IMG/VR virus record: IMGVR_UViG_3300042922_000542
Coordinates: 182,148 to 246,147 of that record
DNA: 64,000 nucleotides
Reading direction: 5' to 3' (one strand)
The notes under the pieces: generated by a model
What the model was told of the DNA's origin: nothing
What the model saw: only the letters and a program-made list of their open reading frames with translations
Databases searched by the model: none
Translations under genes and position numbers: made by a program
In this document: one piece after another, positions 39,166 through 49,585 of the stretch
Layout: each line of letters starts with the position of its first letter
Numbering within the stretch: the stretch's first letter is position 1

Positions 39166-39672
39166 ATGAAATATTTAGATAAAAACGGTAATAGATATGA
39201 TAGTTTATTATCAGCTTATATTGCAGATATTAAAAATATATTTGCTGAGAAAAAATCTAAAACAGAATCAAAGATTAATATATCCAGAAATTACAATACT
39301 ATGGATAAAATCGAATATTCATGCGATGATAATGAGCAAGACAACATTACTGATGATGCGGCTGAACCAGTTATATCAACAGGCATGCTTGATACATCTT
39401 TAGAAACGATCAACATTAATAATGACTTACATGCAGATACTTATGACAAGTTAGATAAACTTGTGAAAGATCTAAATGTCATGGAAATTAAATCAGTATC
39501 CAATAGTATAAATACTGATATTAAGCCAGCTATAAATCCATCAGGATTTGTTATCAAAGTATTAGATAAGATGAATAATTATATAACTGAGAATAAAGAT
39601 GAAATAGAAACTGATCTTAGAACATCTATCACAGATGTATTTACTAAGGCAACTGATAAGTTTAAAAAATAA
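39166..39672 (+). CDS. hypothetical protein
   Basis: 168-aa ORF with SD. Confidence 0.7.
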   Translation: MKYLDKNGNRYDSLLSAYIADIKNIFAEKKSKTESKINISRNYNTMDKIEYSCDDNEQDNITDDAAEPVISTGMLDTSLETININNDLHADTYDKLDKLVKDLNVMEIKSVSNSINTDIKPAINPSGFVIKVLDKMNNYITENKDEIETDLRTSITDVFTKATDKFKK

Positions 39673-39702
39673 TATGTAGGGGATTCATATCCCCTACATA
39701 TT
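39671..39702. terminator. bidirectional terminator
   Basis: AATATGTAGGGGAT/ATCCCCTACATATT. Confidence 0.85.
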
Positions 39703-39714
39703 TATTTATTTTTT

Positions 39715-40530
39715 TTATTTTGTTTCTTCAGCTGCTTCAACTTCTTCTTTAGTAGGCAGCTCAACCTCTTTAACATCTTCTCTCTTAGTATCAACTACGA
39801 GAATATATCCGAAGCCATCTGCACCTTTTGCTTTTTTACCATAAAAATCAGGCAATGTTAATCCACACTTAATTGCATTAAATGTTAAATCCCCAATTTG
39901 ATCTGCAAATTTTTGTTTGTAATGTTCAATTGCTTCAGCTGTTTCATTTTCATGACAGAAGAAAACTCCACACATTTGCCATACGACTGGATTTATTTTA
40001 GAAATTCCTGTCCATTTTCTCTGAATGCCTTTACCGGAGCTACCAACATAAGCTCTAGCATAGATATATGATAAAACTGAAATAGGTTTTAATGAATATT
40101 TATTATCCTTGGCACCATTATCAATAATGTCTTTGATTTTCGCAACAGCATCCTTAATTTTTTCTTTATTTTCTTTAGTTGCAGATTCATAATATGGACC
40201 GCTGCAATATGATTCCATTATTGCAGATTCCGTAAATCTCATCTGTTTGTCTTCAACAGTTTCAGCAACTGGGCGTACTGTCTTTAATGTATCAAAAGCT
40301 TCATTAAAACTTTTCTTAATGTCATCAATAGCCTTATTGTAAACATCTTCTGAAATTTCTGTTTTAGCAGGTACATTGATTGATACATCCAGTCCAAAAT
40401 TTTCCTTTAATTCTGGATTACCGCTTGACAAGTTCTCTTTTGTTTCAGGTATAGTAGATTCTAATATATTAATAGAAAATATATCGTCAGTCATACCATC
40501 TTGGTTTAAATTAACATTATTATTACTCAT
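39715..40530 (-). CDS. putative internal head protein
   Basis: ILEST, FTESAIMESY and YYESAT motifs; CACA-N6-TA at 40594-40605. Confidence 0.6.
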   Translation of the reverse strand: MSNNNVNLNQDGMTDDIFSINILESTIPETKENLSSGNPELKENFGLDVSINVPAKTEISEDVYNKAIDDIKKSFNEAFDTLKTVRPVAETVEDKQMRFTESAIMESYCSGPYYESATKENKEKIKDAVAKIKDIIDNGAKDNKYSLKPISVLSYIYARAYVGSSGKGIQRKWTGISKINPVVWQMCGVFFCHENETAEAIEHYKQKFADQIGDLTFNAIKCGLTLPDFYGKKAKGADGFGYILVVDTKREDVKEVELPTKEEVEAAEETK

Positions 40531-40628
40531 AATTATAGACTCCTTTTTTCACTTTTTTTTGTATAATTTGTATTACTTTTTTTGTTATCACATTAATAGA
40601 ATGTGTGACTCTAAATACTTTAATAAAA

Positions 40629-41948
40629 TCATTCAAAATCATATATCCTTTTAATCATCTCATTTATATAATCATGAGATACCGTAATTAATAGACGGTA
40701 TGTTTTATGTGGATTTGGATTAAGGATATGTAATATTCGTTCGTTCCAATCTATATAGAATGATTCACTATTTACAATGGCACCGTTCTCCCTGAACTGA
40801 AATTGTATGAACCGATCAATCGGTATACCTAATTTTAGGTGATAATCTAATACCGTCCTAAGAGAATTATTTAATATTTCATTTATCGATATTGTGTTTT
40901 CGTTTTGGGCTAATTTAAATATTGGAAATCCCAGTATAGACCATCCTACAGGAAGATGAAAATCATCTAAAGCAATAGTATCTGTAAATATTGGAACTAT
41001 GGCTTTATCTGCCGGACATGTTATATTTACATTCTCTTTAAGTTCTGGAGCATTCAACATGAAATACCCAATTGTATTAAACTCACATCTTACCGTAAAG
41101 GCAATATCAAAGTTACGTCTAATCTGACCGTCTTTGATACCTTGATTTGCTACAGGCTCTTGTACAACTGTATCAATATCAGATAAATAATACATGAAGA
41201 ACTCATCCGAATTGGATCCGCCCTTTAATTTATATGTGATCGGATGATACCATATTGAATTCATATAAGTTAAATATTTATAAACTGAATTTTCATCTTG
41301 GTCATTAACAGGAACACCTGCTAAGTTTGACAATAATGCATTAAATTCATCTGGGATATATAATTCTAATGGTGCTTTAATGAAGAAGTTATGACCAATA
41401 GGGATCATGTTGTGTATAAATGACATCCAATTAGTTTGCTCCATAAATGTATGAAACCCTAATACGACATCAATATACATTACGGCTCTATTATAATGTC
41501 CATGCACATGAATTCTGTTATATTTATCATTTGCCAATGGTATTAAAGAACTTTCACCCCATGTATTAAATGTATTGGTAATTCTTGAATTTATAATTGT
41601 ATTTGCTAAAAATCTATTATCGTCTTGACCAAAACTGATTCTAGGCGCTAATACCATAGATGGCATTTCCATTTTGACAATTTGACTTGGCGTATGTCTC
41701 AGTTGTCGACTAGCCAGCGTGGTAGTTGCAGTAACAGTTTTAAATAAATCTTTAGGGAATAAGTCGAGAATATATTTCTCAACAACTGATAATACATTGC
41801 CGTATGTATGCGCCGCTGATGTATTGCATACCGCGGCAGTATTCTTAATATGATCACCAAATTCAGCTCCTGGATTTCGTTCATACTGCACGCCTGCATA
41901 ATGAATATCTGGGTTTGCTACTGAAGGATTTGTATTATATTCTCGCAT
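40629..41948 (-). CDS. putative virion structural protein (neck/tail-completion-like)
   Basis: 439 aa, beta-rich, in an operon with the baseplate gene; specific function not assignable. Confidence 0.5.
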   Translation of the reverse strand: MREYNTNPSVANPDIHYAGVQYERNPGAEFGDHIKNTAAVCNTSAAHTYGNVLSVVEKYILDLFPKDLFKTVTATTTLASRQLRHTPSQIVKMEMPSMVLAPRISFGQDDNRFLANTIINSRITNTFNTWGESSLIPLANDKYNRIHVHGHYNRAVMYIDVVLGFHTFMEQTNWMSFIHNMIPIGHNFFIKAPLELYIPDEFNALLSNLAGVPVNDQDENSVYKYLTYMNSIWYHPITYKLKGGSNSDEFFMYYLSDIDTVVQEPVANQGIKDGQIRRNFDIAFTVRCEFNTIGYFMLNAPELKENVNITCPADKAIVPIFTDTIALDDFHLPVGWSILGFPIFKLAQNENTISINEILNNSLRTVLDYHLKLGIPIDRFIQFQFRENGAIVNSESFYIDWNERILHILNPNPHKTYRLLITVSHDYINEMIKRIYDFE

Positions 41949-41966
41949 CTGTGTTTACACACCACC

Positions 41967-43151
41967 TTATACCACTTTTTTCCCGGGACTAGGGTCCAAT
42001 ATACCGTGAATTATACTATATATTGTAGTTTTAGCTTTAATTGCCCAAGCTCTATCATCAATATATTGCTTAGTAAATTCAATAACTTCAGCAGACATCG
42101 TTTGAAATACTGTAGTTAACTTTGTAACAGCGGAGATATATCTAGCATATAATTCAGCATTATCATTAATTTTAGCTAAAGCTTCTTCTTCCATATATTC
42201 TTTATCTTCACCAGGTCGAATCTGATAGTAGTCATGTGATAAATAATATTCAATCGTGATATTATTGTGTTTCATATAATCAATCCCGATTGTTCCCTTT
42301 ACTATCTTTTTTCGAGCCGCTTCAATTTCTGTAATTAATGCATTAATATTATTTATAACCTTATTAGCATTATCAGGGTCAATACGAATTATATCTATAA
42401 ATTTATAATCTATATTTATTGGATCGGTCTGACTTCCACCATTCTTACTCCATAATGTTTTTCTGAATTTATCCAGGTAGTTAGAAAAATCATGAACTGT
42501 TTCCGGCGCATCAATGATTACATGATCCTTAATTAATTCATCTAATATAGGTACTAACCTTTGACCAGCAGCATCCATCTTTCCCGTTAAACGTTCAATA
42601 TTTTGTTGTAATTTATCTATCTCCTTATTCTTAGCACTAATATTGTGGAAGTGTTCATCTTTTAGTATTTGTTTAAAACGTTCAGATTCTCTTAATTCTG
42701 AGAGAGCCTTCCTTAACTTTCCATTCACCTCTACCATGTCTTCAAAATGTTCTTCACGCACTTTTTCCAATAATGCTAACAGTGAATCATGTTCTATCTG
42801 CAATGTTTTAATTTGTTCATTTTGTTGATTTGTAAATACATTTATTATATTATGCCAGAATGTTTTTAATGATAATACAATACGTTTCCACATAGCAGCA
42901 ATTTTATCAACAAGATTTTTTTTACGAGTTTCTATTTTACTTTTAAATACTGACATATTGGTTGATTCATTCATATTAGTTAATAATAAATCATCAGTGC
43001 TACATATATTAGCACACCTATGCATATAATCTAAAGACGTAATTTCAAATTCTAGACATTCTCTTTGTAACTGATAATTGCTATCACTATGCTCAAATGC
43101 TAATGACTCTTTAATGTAATCTCCTAGAGATAACATTGATACATTTTCCAT
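41967..43151 (-). CDS. putative internal head protein
   Basis: IKES and MNES motifs, then amphipathic helix VDKIAAMWKRIVLSLKTFW and a coiled coil. Confidence 0.6.
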   Translation of the reverse strand: MENVSMLSLGDYIKESLAFEHSDSNYQLQRECLEFEITSLDYMHRCANICSTDDLLLTNMNESTNMSVFKSKIETRKKNLVDKIAAMWKRIVLSLKTFWHNIINVFTNQQNEQIKTLQIEHDSLLALLEKVREEHFEDMVEVNGKLRKALSELRESERFKQILKDEHFHNISAKNKEIDKLQQNIERLTGKMDAAGQRLVPILDELIKDHVIIDAPETVHDFSNYLDKFRKTLWSKNGGSQTDPINIDYKFIDIIRIDPDNANKVINNINALITEIEAARKKIVKGTIGIDYMKHNNITIEYYLSHDYYQIRPGEDKEYMEEEALAKINDNAELYARYISAVTKLTTVFQTMSAEVIEFTKQYIDDRAWAIKAKTTIYSIIHGILDPSPGKKVV

Positions 43152-43169
43152 GTTGGGGCCTCCATTTTT

Positions 43170-43562
43170 TTAAAATATTTTTTGTTCTCGTTTAAAAAAT
43201 ATTTGAATCAATTCATGAACTTTATCTGGTTGATAAACTTTAATAATATTTCCTTTGAATTCTGTTATGTTTCTCATCTTATTCAATCTCAATAAAGCCA
43301 ACCACAATTCAGTAGTTCCGTATAATTCTAGACTCACTGATTTTGGTTTATACATATATAAATTTGGTAATACATAATATTGCGCAGCATCATCAAATTC
43401 TTTTTGATATTTTAAGAAAATATCATTATATGGTATTCTATAGATACTATCACGACTGTTATTATTTGTAACAAGAATCGTATCATACATTTTTTTGAGA
43501 TTTATCAATGCACTTTGACCATCGCTAATATACATACTTAGATCTGTCTTATTTGGTTCCAT
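43170..43562 (-). CDS. baseplate wedge LysM-like protein (T4 gp53-like)
   Basis: YKPKSVSLELYGTTELWLALLRLN pattern. Confidence 0.7.
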   Translation of the reverse strand: MEPNKTDLSMYISDGQSALINLKKMYDTILVTNNNSRDSIYRIPYNDIFLKYQKEFDDAAQYYVLPNLYMYKPKSVSLELYGTTELWLALLRLNKMRNITEFKGNIIKVYQPDKVHELIQIFFKREQKIF

Positions 43563-43591
43563 TTAAATCATCTCCTTCGTCCAAAAAAATA

Positions 43592-44002
43592 TTATATGTG
43601 TATGGTACCATTTGTAAAATTATCACCGCGTATAACATCATTAGTACCAAAGAATCGATACTGATATGATGGATCGCAATTCACACAAATTAATTGAAAT
43701 TGTCGTCCTATCTTAGTTTTAGGTCCATAATATTCTAATGGGGCACGACCAACAAAATGGGTTGTTAAATAATTTTGGACTTGAATTTGAGAATCAAATG
43801 TTAATTTATTATCTGCGTCATTTATGAATATAGATTTATCTATGCTATTCGGGATGATTTTGGCTTGTTCAAATGGAATGTTTGGCATCAACGAAGTAGA
43901 GTGGATTTTATAATCTCCAACTGATAGCATATAATAATCTTCACTTATTCGACAACAAGATTGTTCAACTACACGTGGAATACTAATTGATCCTATAAAC
44001 AT
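43592..44002 (-). CDS. hypothetical protein (true start probably ATG 44002)
   Basis: AGGAGG SD precedes MFIGSISIPR; the track's longer N-terminus overlaps the opposite-strand gene. Confidence 0.65.
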   Translation of the reverse strand: MFIGSISIPRVVEQSCCRISEDYYMLSVGDYKIHSTSLMPNIPFEQAKIIPNSIDKSIFINDADNKLTFDSQIQVQNYLTTHFVGRAPLEYYGPKTKIGRQFQLICVNCDPSYQYRFFGTNDVIRGDNFTNGTIHI

Positions 44003-44084
44003 ATTATCGTATCCCCTCCTATATGAATGATATATTATTATAATATAAGTAAAACGAAATTTATTTAAAAAGGAGATAAAAATA

Positions 44085-44426
44085 ATGGGTATTAAGAAGA
44101 AACATTCATTATTAGAACGTTTCATCACTAGAATTGAAACTGACACATCAGTAATTTTTCAATTAAAGGGTAAGCCCGAATATCCAATCGGTGTAGTAAA
44201 AGTAGTTAGACCATTAGAATACAGTAAAATGATGGGAGCAAAAGATTCAATAATTGAATCTCAGAAATCTGAAATTGAAAGGTTAAAAATAATTATATCT
44301 GATAAAGAATCGATAATATCAGATAAAGATTGTAACATTAGAACGTTACAAAATCAAATTGAAGATTTAGAAGATGAAATACGTTTAGAATCTATGACGC
44401 AGCCTAAACCTAAAGAACTTACATAA
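44085..44426 (+). CDS. coiled-coil hypothetical protein
   Basis: AAGGAG SD; heptad repeat IISDKES/IISDKDC. Confidence 0.7.
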   Translation: MGIKKKHSLLERFITRIETDTSVIFQLKGKPEYPIGVVKVVRPLEYSKMMGAKDSIIESQKSEIERLKIIISDKESIISDKDCNIRTLQNQIEDLEDEIRLESMTQPKPKELT

Positions 44427-44442
44427 TGAAATATTAATAAAA

Positions 44443-44476
44443 AAATAGCATAGGGACATGATTCCCTATGCTATTT
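44443..44476. terminator. bidirectional terminator
   Basis: AAATAGCATAGGGA/TCCCTATGCTATTT. Confidence 0.85.
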
Positions 44477-44487
44477 ATTTTTTTTAT

Positions 44488-45462
44488 TTATTTCTTTAGT
44501 ATTCCTGCAAGTCCTACTATAACTTGCATTCTGTAGTTATTTACGGCAGTGTATAAAGCTATACAGTGCGCCATAGTTGAACTTGTATCTTCAAAGAATT
44601 TCTGACCTAACTCTGACATTTTACCTTTGTAATCTTTGTCAAGATTTAAGTTTTCAATTTTGAATCTATAAGCTTCAAGCTGTTTAATTAATTCATCAAT
44701 AGTTCCTGAATCAGCACTAACTACGATACCGCGTGTACGGCTTTCATTTATGTATCTTTCAAGAACCTTTTGAAGTGTTTCTACACCTTTTTCATTGTCT
44801 TCGGTTAAATTTTTAGCAACTTTATCGAAGAATTTATTGATATGTCTTTCAGCGATAGCCATGTTATAAGGTCCATCTGATGCTATAGTAGTTTGAATCT
44901 TTCTGTTAACAAGAGCTGCAGCTAATTTGTCTTTAATTGCATTATCATTCCACTTTAATATGTTGCTTGGCAACTTATGGAATCCTTCAACTTGTTTTTC
45001 AGAAATTGGAGCTCCAGATGTTTCAATAGCAGCTTCAACAACTTTCTTTATAGCTTCTTTGTCTGCATCAGTAACTTCATTTAAAGCAGTTAATTTTCTA
45101 ACAACATCTTCTGCCTTAGCTGATACATCTTTCATCTTCTTGCCTAAGTTCTTTAAGAATGAAATGAATCCATTCCATATCTTTAGTATCCATGCTTTCG
45201 CATCACCCATGAACTTTTTAGCTTTATCAGTATATTTAGATTCTAATAATGCAATAGCATCATTTCCTTGTGATTCAAATAAGAATCCTTCAGTTAAATA
45301 TGATGCTGATTCTGTAACTAATGTTGCATTTTCTGCAAGGAACTTCTGACTATCAATGTATCCCTCCATCAATGTTAATTCACTAGCTTCCTTCATGAAC
45401 TTATAATTTTCCTGACTGTGCTTAAATAACTCACACTCAACCATGAAATCTTTAATTGTCAT
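44488..45462 (-). CDS. abundant putative internal head protein
   Basis: VTESASYLTEGFLFESQ..LLES followed by an amphipathic helix; leader nearly identical to the major capsid leader. Confidence 0.65.
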   Translation of the reverse strand: MTIKDFMVECELFKHSQENYKFMKEASELTLMEGYIDSQKFLAENATLVTESASYLTEGFLFESQGNDAIALLESKYTDKAKKFMGDAKAWILKIWNGFISFLKNLGKKMKDVSAKAEDVVRKLTALNEVTDADKEAIKKVVEAAIETSGAPISEKQVEGFHKLPSNILKWNDNAIKDKLAAALVNRKIQTTIASDGPYNMAIAERHINKFFDKVAKNLTEDNEKGVETLQKVLERYINESRTRGIVVSADSGTIDELIKQLEAYRFKIENLNLDKDYKGKMSELGQKFFEDTSSTMAHCIALYTAVNNYRMQVIVGLAGILKK

Positions 45463-45524
45463 AATTTGTTTATCTCCTTTACTTATAATAGTTTTTTTAT
45501 TATTACCGTGTAATTCAATGGAAT

Positions 45525-45536
45525 TAACTTAATGTT
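45525..45536 (-). promoter_or_regulatory. late promoter AACA-N6-TA
   Basis: AACATTAAGTTA. Confidence 0.7.
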
Positions 45537-45550
45537 ACTAGTGAAATTTA

Positions 45551-46171
45551 TTAATTTTCATCGATTAAACTTGATGCTGCATTTCTTGCAATAGATGATA
45601 AGCTAGTTTCTTTTACCTTATCTAAATAGTTTTTAGCAAGTGCTACTGCATCGGTATGCTCATTTTTCTGAATGCGTAATTTCATATCTTTTGATATTTG
45701 AGATGCTTGCTTATATGCTTTATATTCCTCGGTATCTTTTTTTCTGGATAATAATAAAGCACAAACACTAACTAATTGAGCAAATTTAGTGTCGCGGTCA
45801 AATTTAATAATATTTCTTTCTAATAAAACATTATCGCTAGAGCATGCTTCAGTGATTTGATCAGATAAATCACCTTCGAGCTCTTGGGTAACCAAGATTG
45901 GTGTATATATTTTATTTAGCTCTTCTAATAGATCATTATTATTCACATTTCTTGGAGCTAAACTTATAGCATCTATGGAATCATTATCATCTTCTAATGA
46001 ATCGAAACTTTCTATCAGTGTATTGAATGCTGACACAAATTCCTTAAATGTTTTCGGTTTTTGATTCTGCATATCGGATCGATATATTGAAATACCTAGC
46101 TTATTAATATCATCAGCTGATAACTCTTTACCATTTTTTTTGATCACGATATCGTTATTACCTGTATTCAT
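45551..46171 (-). CDS. putative head protein
   Basis: LIES, ITEA and LLER motifs; downstream of portal; late promoter. Confidence 0.6.
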   Translation of the reverse strand: MNTGNNDIVIKKNGKELSADDINKLGISIYRSDMQNQKPKTFKEFVSAFNTLIESFDSLEDDNDSIDAISLAPRNVNNNDLLEELNKIYTPILVTQELEGDLSDQITEACSSDNVLLERNIIKFDRDTKFAQLVSVCALLLSRKKDTEEYKAYKQASQISKDMKLRIQKNEHTDAVALAKNYLDKVKETSLSSIARNAASSLIDEN

Positions 46172-46199
46172 AAACGATTCTCCTTTACTATTAATTTAT

Positions 46200-46211
46200 T
46201 ATTAGCTTGTT
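46200..46211 (-). promoter_or_regulatory. late promoter AACA-N6-TA
   Basis: AACAAGCTAATA. Confidence 0.65.
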
Positions 46212-46231
46212 TCAGTGCATCATAATTAGAT

Positions 46232-48505
46232 TTACTTCTTGGCTATCAATTCAATTTCTTCACTGCTAATAGTTTTATCTTTTGTTTGCTGTTTTAAAGT
46301 CATTTGATTTGCTTCAATTCTGATTGCTTCAGCTATTGTATCCATTTTGCCATAGTCTAGTTGAGGTAAGTATTCTTCAGCTAATTTACGTTTTAATACT
46401 ATTGCTAGATTTGAAGGTTTACCATCTTCAGTTTCCAATTCTTTTTGAGAGAAATAAATATTACTTACCAATTCAGCCAATACATTATAATCACTAATCA
46501 TTTGATTTGTAATATTTAATGTCGGCTGTTTAATAGTATTAAACTTAAATAAGAATGAATTTATTTCAGCATCACCAATATTACTATTGTATTTCATTAG
46601 TATCTTATACATATTCGTCAATGAATGATTAAAATCGATTTTATATGATGATACTGTTGATAAATACCTGGTGTTTGCTAATTCTAATGTCTTTGCAAAA
46701 TCAACATCATCTAATGCATTTATAACCATCAACGCTGGAACTCCAGTACCAGATATGGCCTGACGGCGTTGTTGTTCTAAGAACTCTGTATCTATAGGTT
46801 TGTCAACTGCAGAAATGGTATCAGTTTCAATCGCCTTATAATCACCACGACCTGATGGGAGTACCATTTCTCCCATACCACCGACTTTATTTATTACACC
46901 GCTATATGAATATATATCGTCGATAGTAATTCTTCTAGATTGGAACTTCCTCATTGCACGCTGAACTTGTGAAGCATAATCTTTATTTAATCCTGATGAT
47001 TTTAAATAATGTATACGAGTCGTATTATTATTCAATGTGTATAGCATATTGTATGCTGTTAATAGCATATACATTCTTGCAGGAAATAATGATGGTTCAA
47101 TTATAGAATGACCTTTACCATTTTCATCTTCATTTATTATAAATCTAACAACTTCGTTTTCAGGAATAAATACAAATGACAGACGACTCTCTGCAAATTT
47201 ATGACTCATAACAATATCTGCAATCTCACTCTTTAATTCAATATTATTATCTAACATTTTTTTATCAAAAGATCTTATTATAATTTCAGCAAGTGAATTT
47301 ACAACTTGTTTATCTCTAGTATAATGAGCTATTGATACATCAACGACCCCATTAGGCTGTATAGGATTTGTTTTGGAATTAACTTTCGATGAAGCATAAC
47401 AGTAACCAATTACGCGTCTATCAATTCGAACAGGTATGATTCTAAGAGGATCTAGATATTTAATATAGCATCCTTTGATATGATTATATTTTTTATATGG
47501 GATATCGCCCGGTTCAATATCTTTTTCTAATTTTTCATAATCATCATATCCATTAATAACACTCTCAAAAAATGAGACATCGGTATTAGACTTAAATACG
47601 CCATCTCTTTCTTTTTCTAATAATGTGCTTAAACCCGGTGCACCTAATTCTTGTAATAGCACAGTAGATCCATCTGGATATACAGATATATTTTTTAACA
47701 ATATATCTATATCGGCACTATCAACTTTAGCATCCTTAATTTTACTACTACCATCATCCTTATATTCACTCACAATTTTGATAGTGTCGTTAGAAACACT
47801 TTCCTTGATACATTTTATATTTTCTTCATTGTCTATAGAATACTCTATTGATTTAGTAGTGGATTCAGTTAACGATGTCTTACTTCTATTTGTCGATGAT
47901 TTTGCGTTTAATTTTCTATTATATGCATCCAATTCCGCAAATAGTTTACTGTATGGAACTATGTTTACATAAAATTCTCCACCCATTAGTGTTTGGGGTA
48001 TTATAAAATTTTTTATTGCTTTTTGTAAATCAAATTGTTTTTCAAGCTCTTTGACAATAGTTTGATTATCGGCAGCTTCAGAATTCTGAAATATAAGAGA
48101 TCTGGCAATTTCACCGGTTACAACATCGGACTCTATAATGGAATCTCTAACTGTAAATATTACATCACGCATTTCAGGCATTTGAGTGCAAATATTAAAT
48201 ATGTCTCGCTTAAGTAGTATTTCGTTAGTATTGATGCTATTAATTCCAGCATGATCTGTTTTAATTTCATTGAGGATACGTTTTATCATATCCGAATCAT
48301 TTTTATTTCCTGTCGTAAAATCAGAGAAACGTCTAATAAATCCATCTTTATCAAAATTAGATGAATTAAAATCTTCTATATTATCTTTAAGGATCTTATA
48401 GAAACTTTGATTAAGTTCCTTTAATTCATTACTCTCAAGATTTCCTACATCTGATGCAATATCATCGGATAATCGTTGCATTATATCCTCTTTATTAGTT
48501 GGCAT
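46232..48505 (-). CDS. portal protein
   Basis: T4-gp20-like pattern: PEMRDVIFTVRDSII, GEFYV, GHSIIEPSLFPARMY..TRIHY, AISGTGVP. Confidence 0.8.
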   Translation of the reverse strand: MPTNKEDIMQRLSDDIASDVGNLESNELKELNQSFYKILKDNIEDFNSSNFDKDGFIRRFSDFTTGNKNDSDMIKRILNEIKTDHAGINSINTNEILLKRDIFNICTQMPEMRDVIFTVRDSIIESDVVTGEIARSLIFQNSEAADNQTIVKELEKQFDLQKAIKNFIIPQTLMGGEFYVNIVPYSKLFAELDAYNRKLNAKSSTNRSKTSLTESTTKSIEYSIDNEENIKCIKESVSNDTIKIVSEYKDDGSSKIKDAKVDSADIDILLKNISVYPDGSTVLLQELGAPGLSTLLEKERDGVFKSNTDVSFFESVINGYDDYEKLEKDIEPGDIPYKKYNHIKGCYIKYLDPLRIIPVRIDRRVIGYCYASSKVNSKTNPIQPNGVVDVSIAHYTRDKQVVNSLAEIIIRSFDKKMLDNNIELKSEIADIVMSHKFAESRLSFVFIPENEVVRFIINEDENGKGHSIIEPSLFPARMYMLLTAYNMLYTLNNNTTRIHYLKSSGLNKDYASQVQRAMRKFQSRRITIDDIYSYSGVINKVGGMGEMVLPSGRGDYKAIETDTISAVDKPIDTEFLEQQRRQAISGTGVPALMVINALDDVDFAKTLELANTRYLSTVSSYKIDFNHSLTNMYKILMKYNSNIGDAEINSFLFKFNTIKQPTLNITNQMISDYNVLAELVSNIYFSQKELETEDGKPSNLAIVLKRKLAEEYLPQLDYGKMDTIAEAIRIEANQMTLKQQTKDKTISSEEIELIAKK

Positions 48506-48554
48506 TATATCACTCCTTAAGATAGAACGGTTGTTTATTACTTTAGATTTAATA

Positions 48555-48582
48555 AATAGAGAGGCGTATAATCCTCTCTATT
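48555..48582 (-). terminator. intrinsic terminator
   Basis: AATAGAGAGG/CCTCTCTATT. Confidence 0.7.
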
Positions 48583-48593
48583 ATTTAATTGAG

Positions 48594-49460
48594 CTATATA
48601 TGTTTTTTAATGTTTTCTTTTAGATCTAATATACCTTTATTAAGCTTATCCAATTTATCCATAAGCTTCATTTTCGCATCAGCTGGGTCATCAGCAACTG
48701 GAGTAGATTCAACATCATTTACCTTATCGATGACAGTATTTGTTAAATCATTCGTATCTTCAACTTTGCCATCATCTGTAGCAGCATCTTTATTGATGGA
48801 ATCGTCAGTTTTTGATGTATCAGCCGCATCTATATTAATAGACTCTGTAAAGATATCTGCGGGAAGTTTTTTACCCTTATGATTTTGCAATAAGATATAA
48901 CCGACATTTTCACCTTTACCATTATTTTTATAACTCAAACGAAATATAGCAGCCTCACGAACGGTAAGTTTTTGACCATTTATCAGCTTATTTTGAATAT
49001 CTTTTAAATATGATTTGTCATCATTATAATTAGTACAAAGTAAATTTGCATATTCCTCTTCACTGAGTGCAAGAGTTGATGCTTCAGTGAATCCGTCATC
49101 AATTTCGGCATCCAATATATCATTAGATATTATTACATCTTTGGCATTCACTGGTGGGACTGGCAATACATCTGTTAACGTGTTTGTCTTACTATCAATT
49201 GTTACATTTAACAAATCACAAATGTCAGTTAGATCTTCAGCCGACTTATCCTCAATCGTATCATCTTCCACAGGTTGAGTTTTTACAGGTTCAATAGTTT
49301 CTGGATCTTTAGTATCAGTATCATCTAATACAATATCATCCCCATCTTCATCTTCAGTTATATATTTCTCTATGTCATCCATTACATCTTCATATATAAC
49401 TGCAGCTGATTCTAAAAATTCCTCTTTTTGTTCAATCATGCTTTTAATTGTTTTTAACAT
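48594..49460 (-). CDS. acidic putative head/scaffold protein
   Basis: FLESAA, FTEAS and FTESI motifs; adjacent to portal; late promoter. Confidence 0.6.
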   Translation of the reverse strand: MLKTIKSMIEQKEEFLESAAVIYEDVMDDIEKYITEDEDGDDIVLDDTDTKDPETIEPVKTQPVEDDTIEDKSAEDLTDICDLLNVTIDSKTNTLTDVLPVPPVNAKDVIISNDILDAEIDDGFTEASTLALSEEEYANLLCTNYNDDKSYLKDIQNKLINGQKLTVREAAIFRLSYKNNGKGENVGYILLQNHKGKKLPADIFTESINIDAADTSKTDDSINKDAATDDGKVEDTNDLTNTVIDKVNDVESTPVADDPADAKMKLMDKLDKLNKGILDLKENIKKHI

Positions 49461-49483
49461 AATACGCTCCTTTATTTAAATAA

Positions 49484-49495
49484 TATTTTTTTGTT
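49484..49495 (-). promoter_or_regulatory. late promoter AACA-N6-TA
   Basis: AACAAAAAAATA. Confidence 0.5.
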
Positions 49496-49585
49496 ATTAG
49501 TATATATTGATTTGATTCTAATCATTATTAAAAAGTAGTGTTGATTTATTCTAACTACTAATATTATATAAGTTGGTTTAACTCA

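Noticed and set aside
44003-44146. N-terminal extension of ORF 43592-44146
   Set aside because: It overlaps the divergent gene and promoter region; a strong SD supports ATG 44002 instead.
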